Positions 1-57,074 of a stretch of 64,000 nt of DNA are shown here, piece by piece. The position numbers were made by a program, and so were the translations under genes. Source of the stretch: Lama glama (Eukaryota); assembly GCA_028534125.1 (NCBI GenBank), contig CM052823.1, positions 71,486,001-71,550,000 of the forward strand, in the 5' to 3' direction. The number at the start of each line of letters is the position of its first letter. Positions within the stretch are counted from its first letter, which is position 1. Below the pieces are notes generated by a model that did not search any database, was not told the DNA's origin, and was given only the letters and a program-made list of their open reading frames with translations.

Positions 1-51
1 CAAAAACTAAGAGAGAAATAAGACCTGGGTGCTATGCACCAGGAACTCTCA

Positions 52-10525
<10,474 letters not shown>

Positions 10526-11199
10526 GATGACCCTGGGGCGGTGGGGGGGGGGATTAGAGGTGGTAGGTGAGGGACAGGGAGTTGGCGTCCCCCCATGCCT
10601 ACAGTTGGCACTTCTGGAGCTTTTAGAAGCATCACCAAGTCCACTCTTTAGGGCACTTAGCAGCCCTGCAGGCACTAACGCTGGTCGTCACTCTCCACCC
10701 CTGCGAAGAACTAAACCCCGACCACACACAGGAACCCAGGAAGCAAAAGTCCTCTGGGACTTGTCAGTCCCGGTCAGGACTTTAACATCCCAGATCCTGC
10801 ACAAAGCCTCGAACCCCAACCCTTCAGAAACTGCTTCTCCTAGAGGAGACAGGAAAAGGAAAGTAGCTAGTGAGCTGGGAGCCCAGGACCTGCAGTCCCT
10901 CATACCCTACAGTGAATGCCTGTGCATGAATACCGGGGATGAGAAGATCAGACCCCAAGCTCCAGTCCAATCTCTGGTTTAGTGCCCCATCGGGGTCAGA
11001 AGTATTTCCTCTTGGGACCTTTGCTTCTCTGCTCTGCTCCCTGCCTCTCCTTTAGCTCGGCAGGTTCTCAGCCTCCCCAGCTGCACTCTTACCCTTTTCT
11101 CTGGCTCCTCTGAGTCCAGCTGTGCAGATGTCCACTCAGGCCAAGCCAAAGCTGGTTGTGAGCATCTGGACCTGGCCTCACCTCTTGCTGTGAAGGCGG

Positions 11200-14935
<3,736 letters not shown>

Positions 14936-15123
14936 AAGGGACTCAATGTCGGATTCCTACTCTGCCTCCATCCCCTGTCCCCTGCAGGCCGGGCAGCAGT
15001 GCGCGCCAGGCCTGGGCCCGGAAAGCTCCGGGAGGAGCACTGCACTAGGGGCGCGGAGCGAGAGGCCAGTGGCCTCAGATGTGTCGCTTGCACCCGGGAA
15101 AGAGTCTCCCAGGGTGAGCTGTA

Positions 15124-15129
15124 AATAAA
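15124..15129 (+). terminator. DUOXA2 polyadenylation signal
   Basis: AATAAA about 190 nt after the stop, followed by T/GT-rich TTTTGTTTTTT. Confidence 0.75.
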
Positions 15130-15490
15130 TTCTTACGCCTTTTGTTTTTTGAAAACTTTCCCCCATTATTGTCCATAGCTTTTCAAGGCTGTTGGGGGAT
15201 AGGCACTTTGGAGAGACCTCCCTGGGCTGGAGACAGCCTAGTACACTTTTTCTATGTTTTGTCATGGACACCGGTTTCTCCTTTTCTAAGGAGTCCAGAG
15301 TAACCCGCCAAGGGCTCTGGGAGAGGGTGCCCTCTAGTGAGCCCAGAGAGGAATCAATCTTTCTGAGCTGCCCCAGGTAGATGGTAGGTAGGGGACACCC
15401 ACTCCCTATGGCCCAGTGGGATCCCCTCTGCTGGCTCAGCTGAGTGGGCTAGGAAGAAATGGAGTTTTGGAGCTTATTCACTAACTTCAG

Positions 15491-15496
15491 TTTATT
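15491..15496 (-). terminator. Probable DUOXA1 polyadenylation signal
   Basis: TTTATT on + (AATAAA on -); first such hexamer I find downstream of the DUOXA1 stop, about 690 nt away. Confidence 0.55.
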
Positions 15497-16178
15497 CACT
15501 AAAGGGGTGGTGTCTGATGACTAAGGTCGATGTCAGCAAGGCATAAAAATGTAAATCCTCGGATTTTTTTTCAGGTCGTTGGCAAGTCCTACAATCTTAT
15601 TTGGCAAATTTGAGAACTGTAGCTCCAAGAGGATGTGGCACAGTCAGTTAATATTAGACCTGGGACAAGAAGTTTGGTTTCTTCTCCCTTGCAGTGCTTT
15701 CAATGTACTGAGAGATCACGCAAGCTGGGGAAGTAAAGGAAGAACAAAAGGGACCCAGGAAAAAGAAGCACAAGAGATGTAGGGGGATGAGAGGGACCGT
15801 AGGAGCATCACATTGTAACCCCCCACACACATATGTCATTATGTGGGCAAAGCTGGGTTTCAGTAAATGGCACCTCAAAGAGGCAAAGCATCAAAGGAGG
15901 GCAGGGTTGCTGTGCAGAAACAGGGGCAGCCTCTGCTGTGTCTTATCATGGCAAGAGGGCTTATGGGCAGCTCCAATGTCTGTTCAACACCTTAGGGATT
16001 TTTGTTATGTTTTGTTTTTGACATTAATAGGTAGAGCCTCTTTTTCTATTCTACCCACAGATTGGGCTGGGAGCCTGATACAGCCCATCCTGCCGGCAGT
16101 TCTAGTGGATTGGGGTGGGGGCGCTTCAGTGAAGTCTGGAGCCAGATGAAGTCCAAGTGGCCACCAGGGAGAAGAACC

Positions 16179-19100
16179 TTATAGGGCACAGTTGGGCTCT
16201 CTGGGGTGCTCCTCACAGTGTGCCTTGGAGGAAGCCTCTGACAGAGGAATGTTCTGGGGCTCTGGACTCTCAGCTGTGGACCGATAGCGAGGGCTCAGGA
16301 ATCCCCCTTCCTCAGGATTCCCCTCCGGTACAGCATGCTCTCCGACACTCTGGCTGAATAAAACCTTCAGCCTGTGGGGCTGCATTCTGTGGGCCACCAC
16401 CATGGCCAGGCCCAGCAGCACACAAAGCAGTCCTGGAAATGAGGCAACAAGCATCCTGCGTTAGTGATAGTAACACCCTCCCAAGTACATCTTCTCCTGA
16501 GAGCTTCAGAGCAACTCTAAGGGAGGCCTGGTGTCCCTCCTTCAGGGCACCTTGCGCTCAGAGAAGTGACTGACTTAGGGTCATGTGGTTGATGTGGCTC
16601 TGTTCTGAGTTTTTGGACTCTAAATCCAGTGTTCTTTCAGTTACATCACAGGAGAGAGAGAGGGAGAGAGAGAACTCTGAAAACAGAGAAACCTTGGGGG
16701 AAGGGCAGGACACAAGGAAGAGGCCTAAGAAAGGGCATGAAGGGACAGACACAGTGGGACAGGAGAGGAGCATAAAAATGCAGGGCAATTTAAGGCTAGA
16801 TGAGGCAGGTGAGAAGAATTCTAGGAATAGGGGACACAGAGGAGTGTTTGAGGGAAGAGGAAGGGGACATGAGATGGAGGATCTGGGAAAGAGCTGGGTG
16901 GAGAGAGAGGAGATAAGGGATATGACTCAGGGGAGTAGGCCTATATGAGGAGGGAGGGGCTGTGGGACGGAGGAGGGGAAACCCAGAGATAAGGGATATA
17001 AGAGGGAGGGGGCTTTAAAGCAGGGAAAGGTATCCTGGCCCCCAGAGGCAGACCCTCAACCCCATCCACATGATGGGCCCTGGCCCTGACCCTGACCCTC
17101 CGATACCTGTCTTCAGGGCTGGGCCTCACCTGTGGTCAGTGTGATCCAGAAGGCAGGCCCACGGTGAGTGTGCAGCATAGCGGAGCCCAGGCGCAGGGGA
17201 CAGGGTTGGGTGAGTGACGTGGCCATGGAGAAGAAGAACAGTCCCAACAGCTGGAAGATGCCTGTGGCCAGCAGCATGTGGCTGCCATAGACCAGCACGG
17301 GCATGGACAGCATCACGTTGGCCAGCAGCCAGCAGAGGAATGCCACCCTGCCACCAGAGGAAGAGCCAGGACCTGGTAAAGGCTATCACAGGCACCTCTA
17401 CCTTGTTTGGGGTGAACCTTTACTTGAGGGGCCCAGGTGGAGGATCAGGGACCCAAGGACACCCCAAAGAGGTGAGGTAGGGATTCCTGCCTGTGGGCTC
17501 CCCAACCACCATGGTGACTGGTGCCAGACTATTACACCAGGGATTTCCATTTGAGAGGAGGAGGGATGGCTAGAAACCCCATTCCTTGGTCTAGGCCAGC
17601 AGAGCCTCTGTCCCACCCTCACCACAGTGTGGCCGAGGTGTAGTGTCCTGCCAGGCGGTACTGGCCATGCAGGCCACATGGGCTGTTTGGACTGAACTTC
17701 TCAGCCAGGTAGAGCACGGGGTCTGGCAGCCCCTTCTCCAGTGCCTCTGCATACTCCTCAGCGTAGTTCTCCCCCAGGTGCCAGGTGAACTCCTCATTGT
17801 AATTGATGGTCTCGTTCAGCTGCTGCACTGGGGTCCCTGGGGAATGGGGCAGCTGTGCTCAGCAGGGACCCAAGGGCCAGGGTGGATATCTGCCTGAGTA
17901 GAGGCTTACCGTGCTGGGAAGAGGTACAGGTGCTGGTCTCAAAGAGACTTCCCCTTCCTACCATCACCCCATCCTGTAACTCTTTAGACCGCACCAAACG
18001 TAGATCCCAAAGACACAGAGCAGAGCTTCTTCTCCCTCACATTGAGCTTCCCCTCACCTGTGAGCGTGATGTTGATTCCTCCCAGCCCAATCTGCAGCCC
18101 CACATCAGCGCTGATCCATTCCGAACTGAAGGCCTTGTATGACATGTTGGTGCTGACCTGGCCCACAGACCACTCAGAACTGAAATTCGCAGCTAGGGTT
18201 GGGGAATTGAACATACAGGAACTTAGGGAGGTCTGGGCTTGGCTGGGTTAGAGTCAGAGCTACAAGCGGACTATGTCTGTTTTGCTTATAATCGTACATC
18301 CATTAACTAGCCCACGGCCTGGCTCATAGCCAGTTTACCAGCAATATAGATGGGATGGATAAATAAATAAATGGGTCAGAATCCAAGATTTTTCCTGGTC
18401 ATACTCCTCTTACCCCTTCCCTCCCTTCCTCCCCCCATTTAGGGATAGGTACTCAAGCAGCTGGGGGGAGAAAGCATTAGCATAATAAACCATGCTGGGC
18501 AAGCACAGATAGCTCCAACACAGGGACTTTCTCTTTCTCCTATTGCCTAATCCCCACAGCAAAACAAGCAGCCCTCCACCATTCTCTCCCTCTAGCCTCC
18601 AGAGATCCTTTCCCCCTACACATTCATTTTTGATCTGCTTTCCTCTGAATAAAAGTGTTAGGAAGGTTCGAGAGATGCATCCAGCATGGTTTTCTGGGTC
18701 TGCACCTCCCAGGGCAAAGGTATCAGTGAGGGAATAAGGCCTCGATGAGGGAGGTGTATGCGTAGGGTCTGGACGCCCACCCTGAGGCAGCAGCTGCCAC
18801 GGGGAAATGAGAGAGGAGAGATCAGCTGCTGGGGGAAGCAAACTGGATGGAGGCAGCTGCAACTCACACTCACCAAGGATCACAGTTCCGATGAATAAGC
18901 TGGTCACCACCCGCAGCATCCAGAACAGCCTCTGCGTCACAGGGTGGGTGGGTTTAGGATTGGGCTTCCAAGTCTACCCTTTCTCTTTCCAGACTCAGGG
19001 AGAGTACCCTGAAACTGAGGTCTCTAAAACTGAGATCAAAGTGCCTGGCCCATAGGAGATATGCAATAATTATCTGCTGAATCCATGAGTGGGGAGCTCT

Positions 19101-19420
19101 CTGCTGAGGCTGGAGGAGGGGATCAGGGCATGGGTGACACTTTCTCAGGACTAGAATCTCTTAACTGAGTCTGATCAGAATCAGAAGGTCTGGCCCCCTC
19201 ACATAGATCCTAAGGTCTCTCTGGGGCTGGGGACTCCAGGGCTGGGGTCTCTAGGGCTGGTTCTGTTTCTCACCATCTTTCCCCGAATGCCTGGCAGGAT
19301 GATGATGAAGATGATTAGTGAAGTCAGAAAGATGGCGATGATTACAGCCAAGGTGGTGTCCATTGGGAAGGTCGGCTTGGGGCCAGCATAGAAGGGGAAT
19401 GTGTGTCCAAAAGCGGCCAT
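16179..19420 (-). CDS. DUOXA1: Dual oxidase maturation factor 1, complete CDS, 6 coding exons, 341 aa
   Basis: Exons 19274-19420 ([16 protein letters not shown]), 18874-18931, 18058-18192, 17623-17836, 17130-17347, 16179-16432 (ends PNCAL-TAA). Total 1026 nt, in frame. First four exon sizes match DUOXA2 (147/58/135/214). Confidence 0.97.
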
Positions 19421-20554
19421 TTTGATGGGGTTGTGGAGAGGAGGCGGATGCTGTATAACCGTAGGTGTTTATCGACTGCCCTCGTGTGTCAGGCACTGTC
19501 CTTGGTGCTGGAGATATAGCAGACAATAAACCAGACCCCTCTTCTCTGGAGCTCTCCAGACTCCACTGTTACGACCATTCCACTGCCCCTCAGCCAACCA
19601 TCTCCCCATGTTTTAGCTATGAGAGACTGAGGGTCTTGGCAATCAGTCTCTGTCACCCCATGCTCCCTTCCTAGCCCTCAGTTCCCCTAAATCAGTGCCA
19701 TCATTACCCTCGAGGCTTCTTGACTTCCTTTGGGACTGTCTTAAGAAATATAACTCTCTTTTATCTCCTCAGGCCTCTGGCACAATCAGACAGATCACAG
19801 AACATAAAAAGAGCTATATTTACTATCAAGGGAAGGCCTAAGGGTGAAAGATGGCACAGATTACAAAAAGATTGGCTTTTCTCCTTAGTCCCTAAAGGAA
19901 CAAAGGCCATACAGCTCTGCTAAGTACGTCAGCATCTGGCTGATTCCCAGGCCTAGCATTGCCCACACTGGTCAGACCAGCTTTCTCGAGCCCCCTGGCT
20001 CCTGCTCTTGCAAATCCAGAGCAATCAAGCTGAACTGAGCTCACTTCAATAAGCACTGAAGGAGCCCCTGCCCTCCACCAGGCACTGTGCCGGAGCCAGA
20101 TGTCCTTCTACCCATACATCATCAACAGCGGCCTGCCTCCTTCTTTTAAGTTCCTAGGCCTCATTTCAGCTCAAACCCTGCCTTAGCTCTTTTCTGTCTA
20201 TCCCCCGATCTCAGAGCTAGTTTGGCTCCAGTTTGTCCCTTTGCAGACAGGATGTTGGGAAAAATGGCACCTGAATTTATTGTGTTTTATTAAATCCAGA
20301 CAGAATGGATTGGAAAACATGCTATTATTTTATGTACTACAAAGAAAGAAAGAAAAAAACCCACCGCCAATTAAACCACAACAGCCATTGCTGGTAAGAC
20401 ACATCTCAATTTCATAGATATCAAAATGTGAAAAAAAATGCACCTTATAATCAATGAACTCAGCTCTTCATTTTCCTGTGTATGATCTGTACTGGGGCCT
20501 TGGTACCCAAGAGGCTCCATAACCTAGTCTGACCAGGTAGTGTCTCATTAAGTG

Positions 20555-20780
20555 ATACAGTGAAAAAATAAGCTTGGGAGTTAAGCAGCTCTGGATTTGA
20601 ATTCTGCCTTTGCCTCTGCCTCTTGCAAGTTACAAGATCTCAGTAGAGACTTAGTTTAACTTTAAAAATAGGGATGATGATAACGTCTACCTATGTCATA
20701 GGGTCATTGTGAGTATGAAGTGAGATTGTGCCTGTAAAGTGTTAAGAATACCTGAAACACAGTGATGTTAATAAATGGAA
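20555..20780 (+). mobile_element. MIR SINE
   Basis: CTGGATTTGAATTCTGCCT ... TAAAAATAGGGATGATGATAAC ... GTGAGTATGAAGTGAGAT ... TGTAAAGTG. Confidence 0.7.
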
Positions 20781-21229
20781 GCTACCAGATTGGGAAGGAG
20801 GGGGCATTTCATTACTCCATTTATCTCTTTTGCCAATCCTTCTTGGAGGGAACCCCAGGTTGGAATAAGTTCTGGGTCTAGTTCCAGTTCTTCACTGATT
20901 GTATAACTGGACAGGCAAATGACAACCTCCCTGTTTCCTGGCTTCCTTCTCTGCAGTTGAGTATGATGATCTCCAGGTCCCATTCCAGTTCTACATTCTG
21001 TGAATATGGTTGCTACACGGGAGCTCCCAGGCTCCCCCTCTCCTCCTAGGCTGGCCACCTCCTGGTGCTATTTTTGGGGATAGCATGGTATCAGGCTGAG
21101 GCAAAGGGACAGACAGTTTAAACTTTCAGTTCTGTCTTTTGGGTAAGTCAGATAATATCTGAGTCTCATTTTTAACATGAAGTTTTGCTTTTTTCTTTAC
21201 TTTTCAACTCTCCCATCCTAGAGAAATGG

Positions 21230-22645
21230 GTTATCTCTTTTCCTCTTGGGCTCTGACCTCACTCCTGACTTCACCATCACCTTTCTCATCAGTTATCCCC
21301 CTTTCTTTTGGTGACTTTCCAGCTTCTCTTTCTCTGCTGACTCCTTCTCTCAAGGCTGTGCTTAGATTTCTCCTGTCTTAAGAACACACACCAAAAAGGG
21401 ACTCTTACCCTTGACCTTTTGGGTCCCCTACAGCTACTACCTTATCCCACTCTAACCCTTTCACAGCCAGGCTGTTTGGAAGAATAGTCTATGTATTTCC
21501 ACTGCCTTATCTCCTCAACCGAATGAATCTGGCTCCTCCTCATCCTCAACTTCTCCATTAGGTTACCAAGTGCTAAATCTGAAGGGAAACTTTTGCTTTT
21601 CATCATTCTTGATCTCTCTGTGGTATTTCCTCTTTCTTTAGACTTCCTCCCTGGACTTCCACGACATCATGTTTTCCTGGGCCTCCTGCCTTTGGCCATC
21701 CCTTCTATGGGCCCTTGGCTAGTTCTTCCACCCCTCTTAAATGTATATGCTCCCCTGGATTCTGTCTTGGTTCTCTTTTTCTAGCACTCTTTGTGATTCC
21801 CTATGCAGGCTCATCCATTCCCATGGCCGATGCTTAAATCTATGTCTCCACACAGACCTACCTGGGCTCCAAACACAAAAGGGCCAGTTATTCTGTGACA
21901 TTTTCACTTGGCTGTTCCCGGATGCCTCAAATTAGACACATCGCAAACTGAATTCACTGTCTCCACTCTGCTTTTTATTCTGCTTTCTTTGTCTCTTCGA
22001 TGGCATCACCACCAATTCAATCAAACAACCCAGAGACCTGGACCATCTAACCTCCTAAATATTTCTCGAAACCATCCATGCATTTCCTTCCTTACCTCAC
22101 CCTATCTTGCTTGGTGCCAGAACAATTTTTTTAACAAGCAAATATAATCATTTCACTTCCTTGCTCTGGGTTAAATCTGATCTTCTCACTATCACACGCA
22201 AAGTCCTTTGTGATCTAGTCTCACCTACACTTCCATCTCCATCTTTTGCCCAGTCTAATCTCTAGCGCTACTTAACTACTGGCCTCTCCCAGAATCTGAC
22301 ATGCCCTTTCAAGCCTTCATGCCTTTGTATATGCTATTTCCTCTGCCTGGAATGGTCTTACTCCCTTGGCAAAATCCTCTTTACCCTTCAAGTCTCAGCT
22401 CGTGTTTCCTCCTCTGATGTCACTGCGCCAGTATGGATGTTTCTACCTCTAATGTTCTGATTGCATTTTGAACATACCTCCATAATCACAGTAGTCACAG
22501 TAGTGTACTCTAATTGTTGGAACATTGAGAACCCATTAGCTCTAACTTCCTTAAGGGTGAGAACTTTGTCTTCCCATCTTTGTATCCCCTACATGCAGCA
22601 TATACTTACTAATCAGTCTGTGGATGAAATAGATGAATATATGAG
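21230..22645 (+). mobile_element. L2 LINE remnant (3' portion)
   Basis: Long pyrimidine-rich stretch with L2-typical phrases (CTCATCCATTCCCATGGC, GCTATTTCCTCTGCCTGGAATG, CCCTTCAAGTCTCAGCTC) ending in a TGGATGAAATAGATGAAT tail. Boundaries approximate. Confidence 0.7.
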
Positions 22646-25149
22646 TAAGTCCCTCTCCCTGCAGGTGGCATCTACTGTTTTGCACACAAGAGGGAGCTAT
22701 GTTCCCTCATTGCCCTATACGATGCTTATTCAATGTTAACTGAGTATCACCAACAAAGGGCTAAGGACTGGGCAGGAAGGGATTTTTAGTGTTGTCAATT
22801 TTTAGTGCTTTCACAGAATTTTCAGAAAGCCTCTTCCAATAGTTGGAGACTCCAAAACATGAATGGTCATGTTTAATTGAATCTGAAACATACATTTCAA
22901 CTCTAGCTGAAAATGAGTTAGAATTTGTGGATTAAATTATTTTGTAAAATATGTGATAGTGATGCTTATTTTAAAGCAGATGTTTATTGGTCTAAGAATT
23001 TTCTTTATTTGTGACACCTAGACTGAAGCTATTATAATGTTGATGGAAAACTATGTTTTAAGGAAAGGCTATAAAATGTAGAATATCTTGGTTATTAAAA
23101 TAGGAAGATAAAGCAAGTTTGAATACATAGTATTCAAGTAAGAGTACATGTTATATGCTGGAATCTCAAAAACAAATAAAAATAAAAGCAAATAATAATG
23201 GTGTAATGTATTTTGGTCAGAGTCATATATTAGCATTATTCCTGCATTTATTTGAAAGGAAGGTTATAAAATATTTTATAAGAATGGCTCATCCCTATTA
23301 ACATGGTACTTCAAAGAAACACTAACAAAAGGCTTTCTGTACCTTAGGTCCAGAAGAACACTGTTAACTTATTCCCAGTTCTCCAAAATATTTATTAAAG
23401 ATGACTAAAGCAAAGACTTGGTGAATAAAATTTGCCTTGTTTAATTCCTTCTTGTTCAATTTAACGAATTAGGTCTTCTGTAATATACATTGCCCAATTT
23501 ATTTTTTATGACCCTGATCCTAATTTGGTTTTAATTATTAAGCTAACAGGCCTCCTGCATGAAGAGGTAGGACTGAAATGAAAAGTCCCCACACCTAGCA
23601 ATCTTGCTTTTCCTATAACGTTTGTGATTTCCCTTGGGAACACCCCTCCCTGGCTTGCCAAGGAAGGTTTGACAGTAAAATTCTTTCTAATGTGAGAGAA
23701 ATCTCCTGTTAATCTTCCCTAGCTGATAACCATGATTGTTATGTGTACACAATGTACGTTGATATAAATAAGCACAAGATACAGTCAGACATACACCTAT
23801 GGGTTCATAGAAATACAGACACAAGAAGGAAGGAGTTCCCAGTAACACAGACATCTAGACAAAAAGGCCCTCCATCAGAGGCCCCTGTGAGAAAATTGAG
23901 GCACTTTCTCACTGAGTGGGCCAAATCCCCACACTTTGGGGTCCTCCTTTCTTACTTGACCTGCAGAGACCTTTCTTACCTTCTCTTTCTGAACTCCCTT
24001 AAAATTGTAAAGCATTTCTCTTGATCAGTTGTTTCAGACACAGTAACCCATTCCTTACCTACCACAGGATGAAGTGAGGTTTCCCTGTGTGTGTGTATAT
24101 GAGGGATGAGCAAGAAATAAAGTTACAGTCTTTAAGGAAATATAGCCTAGTATAAGCTCCAGACTTGCACATTCATAGTTCTTATGTGCTTTCTTAATGC
24201 TCCATTGCCTCTCTGGCAGCGTCACAAGAATTTCTTCTTGAAGTCTTCCCCTGACTGCCTCCCTCTTCTGGAATCCATAAAGACTACTAACTCTTTACAA
24301 AGGGGGAGTGGGTGACTTGCCTGGAGTTGCCAAAGCTCTGATTGGTGATTCACAGGTACTAGAATGTGATGGTTTACTTCTCTGGTTGGGGTGGACCCCA
24401 TTCAGTTTATATGGTTCTGGATGGCTGAGGGGACCCTGTCCATTCTCTTTTCTTCAAGAAGGTATGTGGGCATGTGTACATGTGTCTTTGCATTAAAGAA
24501 GGAGTTAAGTGGAGAAACAGAACAAGATCTGAAAAGTGGGTCGGCACAGGAATACCTAGTAAGGGCTGAGGTGGGTAGGGAGCCCAGGGGTGTCAAATCA
24601 TGCCAGCCAAACTATCTAGGTTTCAGTTAAGCCGAGATAAGGATTCGATGTCTGTAAATCTTGAGGCCTTATTAAGTTGTGATTTTGTCTGTTTGTTGTT
24701 GCCTCTTCTTAGTTTCTCACCAGACTTTCTCTTTGAACTCCCACTTGATCTGAATTTGGTGTGGGTGGACGTAGGAAGTGCGCCCCTAAGGGCAGGGGCT
24801 GGGGCGGCACTTCAAGGACCACTCCAAAACCCCTGGACCACACCTACCCCAGCAACCGCATCCCTGCCCCTCAAACCCAGATCACTGTTTCCTACCTTCG
24901 CCTCTTCTATCAAATGTGTGCCTGGCATTCCACGCCAGTCGCTTCTCCTGGTGGAACCTCACACGCAACACTCCCAGGGGTAGGATAGAGAAGGAACCAG
25001 ATCTGGACTTTCAGTAGTCAAAAGCGCACGCCCTTTCTCATGGCGGGGCTCCCTTCCAACCCCCACTCTTCTAGGCTATGACCGGACAAACCGGGTCCTG
25101 GATGCTTTCCCGCCCCCCCACTCCCAAGTCGCTCTCAACCTTCCCAGAC

Positions 25150-26090
25150 CGCACCCGAGGCTCTGTGGCGCTGCGCCTGCCCCCAGCTCCCCTCCCCTAG
25201 CCTGGGACAGAGAAGGGACGGGTACAAGAGAACTGGCCCCTCCGCAGCCATCCCTCTGACCCCTCCTTCTCCTTGCCCAGAACCCCAGGCAGTTTCAGCA
25301 CAAACCTAGCGATGCAGTCAATCCGGGGTCCGGCGGGGCGCGGGCGGGTCTCGAAGGCGTTAAGACCCCCGAGATCTCACGAGGAACTCAGAGCAGGGGT
25401 TACCACAGACTCTTACGGGTCTTAGGACGCATGCCTTGCTCCGACGCTTGGCCTGGTCTGCGGGCGTTGACCATCCTCTTGGTCTTAGAGCCCAGTTCCG
25501 CCCGCGTGGAGGGGATGTGGGGAGAGCCTCCCCCGCCCCCTCGCCCCGTCTCCCCCGCTTCCGCCCTCTCCCCAGTCCCAGCCGACCTGTAGAAGCAGAC
25601 TTGCCCTTTTCGCTGTCCACGCGGCCTCATTAGTCGAGCCTCGCCACCGACGGCACATCTACCCCACCTGCGCCCTGGGAGCCCGTGCCGTCTCACCTTG
25701 CGCGCCCGGGTCCCCTCGGAGCACCTCAGCGGTTCCCCGGCGCGCGGGCTCCTATCCCGCCCCACCCCGCCTCGCCCCGCCTTACAGCTGGGGCGCGCCG
25801 TCCCCTCTTCACCCCCCAGCCCCGCCCGCCCCGGCGCAGAGCCTGAGAGGGACCCGGACCCGAGCGGGCGTCGCGGGCCCAGCGGAGAGCCAGGCGGGAG
25901 CCAATCGCAGTCGGCGCTGGAGGGACGCCGCGGCCTCAGGTCAGACCCAGGAGGGCTCTTCTGCCGGCGGGCCCGGCGCGCTCCGGGGGAGGTGACGGCG
26001 GTGGCGTGTGGCCCAGCTCCGCCACGTTTTTGAGGGAAGGGGAATTCTAGCTCTGGCCCCCCTGCGCCTCCGTTCGTAGCCCGAGGCTAA
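25150..26090. promoter_or_regulatory. CpG-island bidirectional promoter of DUOXA1/DUOX1
   Basis: Dense CpG with several GC boxes (CCCGCCC, CCCCGCC at 25756-25832) and no TATA. Divergent splice donors: AAG|GTGAGA on - at 25696 and CAG|GTCAGA on + at 25940. Confidence 0.8.
25836..25939 (+). other. DUOX1: Probable non-coding exon 1 of DUOX1 (5' end approximate), spliced to the acceptor at 27742
   Basis: Donor CAG|GTCAGA at 25939/25940 just downstream of the GC boxes. Acceptor TTTTTCTAG|G at 27741/27742, 51 nt before the ATG. Resembles the human DUOX1 5' UTR as I recall it. Confidence 0.6.
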
Positions 26091-27792
26091 AATGAGCTGT
26101 GTAAGGGCCTATCCTCCACCCCGCCAAGGTTTTGGAAGACTGGATTCTTCGGGAGCTGGGAATGTTGGGTGACCTACTTTGCTTGGGCCTAGGGGCTCTC
26201 TCTGGAGCTCCTCCTGCCGCATCATGCCAGGGAGAGAACTTCAGGACTTTACAGTCCAGGCTTTCCCCTTCAGCCCTCCCTTGGGACCACCCTAGGACTT
26301 TAAGCTGGAAAAGCAGCCCTGTGGGGCAAGAACCAGGCAGCCTGTGTTCTCTACCTGGTCCTACCGCTACCTAGGGTTTCAATGTCCTGTCATGAGGTTG
26401 TGCTTTCTTTCAAGGTTTTGGGGAAGTTCCCAACCAGTGTTGCTGTGTAAACGGTTGTCGTTACCTACCCAAAAGGAGTGGCTGTTAAGCATGTCCACAT
26501 TCCCCTTTCGGTTGTCCCCACAGCCTGGCCTGAAAGCTCACCACATGCTTTTATTAGTTTCGTGGTACTGGGACTGGGGCCAAGAATCCTGAAGACACGG
26601 TGGTAGGGGAGAAAGGGCAAGACATCCTAGACCAGGGAAGGACCACTATGGCCACTTCAGCATGTCCAGCCTTAGGGCTTCAACCATCCAAAGCCCTGCA
26701 CTTCACACACTATCAAAAGCTTGCCTCTGGACAGTCTCTGAGGTGGAGTGGCTGGAATGCTGAGCTTTTGAATTGTGACTGGGCCTAGGTTTTATTCATT
26801 TGTTTAATGGGAGATGGCAAGTGGGAAGGAGATCATCCTCTGGGTTTCCTCTCTGTGACAACAACCTGTCCAGGAGCCCTGAGGGTTTGGCTAGAGATGA
26901 GGCTTTCCCTGAGCTCCCACCTTCCTCTACCAGATAGTTCCCAGCTCTGCCCACCTTCAATCTCCACATTGCCTTTAGGAGGTCTTGGCTGGCCATAGGC
27001 ATTCCTTGTGCCACTCAGGAGTCCCAGTCTGATTCCCCTGCTGCCTCTGTTTCCCTCTGTGAGGTGATTTGTTGGGCTGGGAGAGAGAGCAGGAAGCCAA
27101 CACCAAGCACATGAACATCTGGGGCTGCATCCCTTCTGAGTCTGCTCAGGGGAGCCAAGCTTCAGACCACCCTCTCTGTATCACATTTACATAACACCTG
27201 TCAATTTTCTTGCTTTGAATTCAACCTCATTCTCACATTTGATTCTGGCAACTAGGCTAGGAGGTAGACAGGCAAGTTCACTCCCATAGTTCAGGCAGAT
27301 TTACTCCCATAGCTGGAAGAGGAACCCAAGGTCCAGTCCAGATAAATGACCTGCCTAAGATCATACTAGTGGGCTGGCAGCAGTGCATCATCCTGGCCTT
27401 AGAACCCAGTGTTCTAGCCCCCAAGCAAGGCTCTGTCCAAGGAACACACACTGCAGGAAACTGGGCCAAAGCAAGGTTTTCAGTTAATCTTAGAAGTAAA
27501 GTCCAGGAAGGCAGGGATTTCTGCCTGCTTTGTTTATCAATGCCCAGTATGTAGTGGGTGCTTATCAACTGTTTGTTAAATGAATAAAAGATTCTTGAGA
27601 GAGATTAAGTCTCCTGCTATTTGCTACACACTGAGGCCTGGGCCTAGCCACATGTCTTGATTCATAGGGGCCTCCAGAGGCCCTGGCCTGATTCTCCCGA
27701 ACTGCTGGAGCTCATTCTCTCTGTCCTTTGTCTTTTTCTAGGGTCTTCATTTTAGAGTGTTCTAACACCTGAGCCCTATTAACATTTTCATC

Positions 27793-56322
<28,530 letters not shown>

Positions 56323-57068
56323 GCCTCCTGCCCAGGGGCTCCGCCCACCACCCAGCTGAGAGGTTTGGGCCCACACTTCACCTCTGTACTTGCTGTTTCT
56401 GGCTCCTTCAACCATCTTCCCATTCCCACCTCCCAACTTAGGTTCAGGTGACCATGGACAGTAACTCCATGTGGGTTCAGGGGCTCCCAGGCCCAGAATG
56501 TCTTAGTCTGGAGAAATGGGAGGGGGCTAGAGGCTGGGAGGCAGGAGAGCTATTATTGCTTTGGGGCAGAGTGACACCTCTTTTTCCAAAATAGGAAAAA
56601 AAAAAGGCTGGAGCTGACCAAATTTGTGTGTGTGTGTGTGTAGGGGACTGAGCCTGAGAATGAAGAGGGGGCACAGAAGCTGGCATCTTAAAACCCCTTC
56701 TCCCAAATCTCCCCCTCCTCTGGGCTCCCCATGTCAAAAAGGTTGTCAAATGCCTTAGAAGGGGTAGGGGGCTGTACCTACAGAGAGCAATTTGTAGGAA
56801 CCCCCTCAGCACCCCATTCTAACAGCACAAATGATCTTTTCTCCCAACTTTTTAAACATGTACTATAGTCATAACGTGGCCCAACCTGTCTCAGTTCTCA
56901 GTTCTTCTCTCCTCTTCCTGCTCTGTCTCTTTACAGATAAACTACTTTTCTGCCCTTAGAGTTTATTTTGCTCCAGGATAGAGTAGGTACTGGCAGAGGA
57001 AGCCACTCATGCAGCCAGCTCACTAAAACTGGTCCAGACAGTCTCTCTGAGCTTGCCAGTATCCACTG

Positions 57069-57074
57069 AATAAA
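57069..57074 (+). terminator. DUOX1 polyadenylation signal
   Basis: First AATAAA after the stop codon, about 750 nt downstream. Confidence 0.65.

Noticed and set aside
16179-16200. DUOXA1 C-terminal NCAL as a prenylation signal
   Set aside because: The Cys is third from the end, so it does not fit CaaX.
22740-23720. AT-rich island in the DUOXA1 5' intron
   Set aside because: No ORF, terminal repeats or recognisable family; probably decayed transposon DNA, and I cannot support a specific call.
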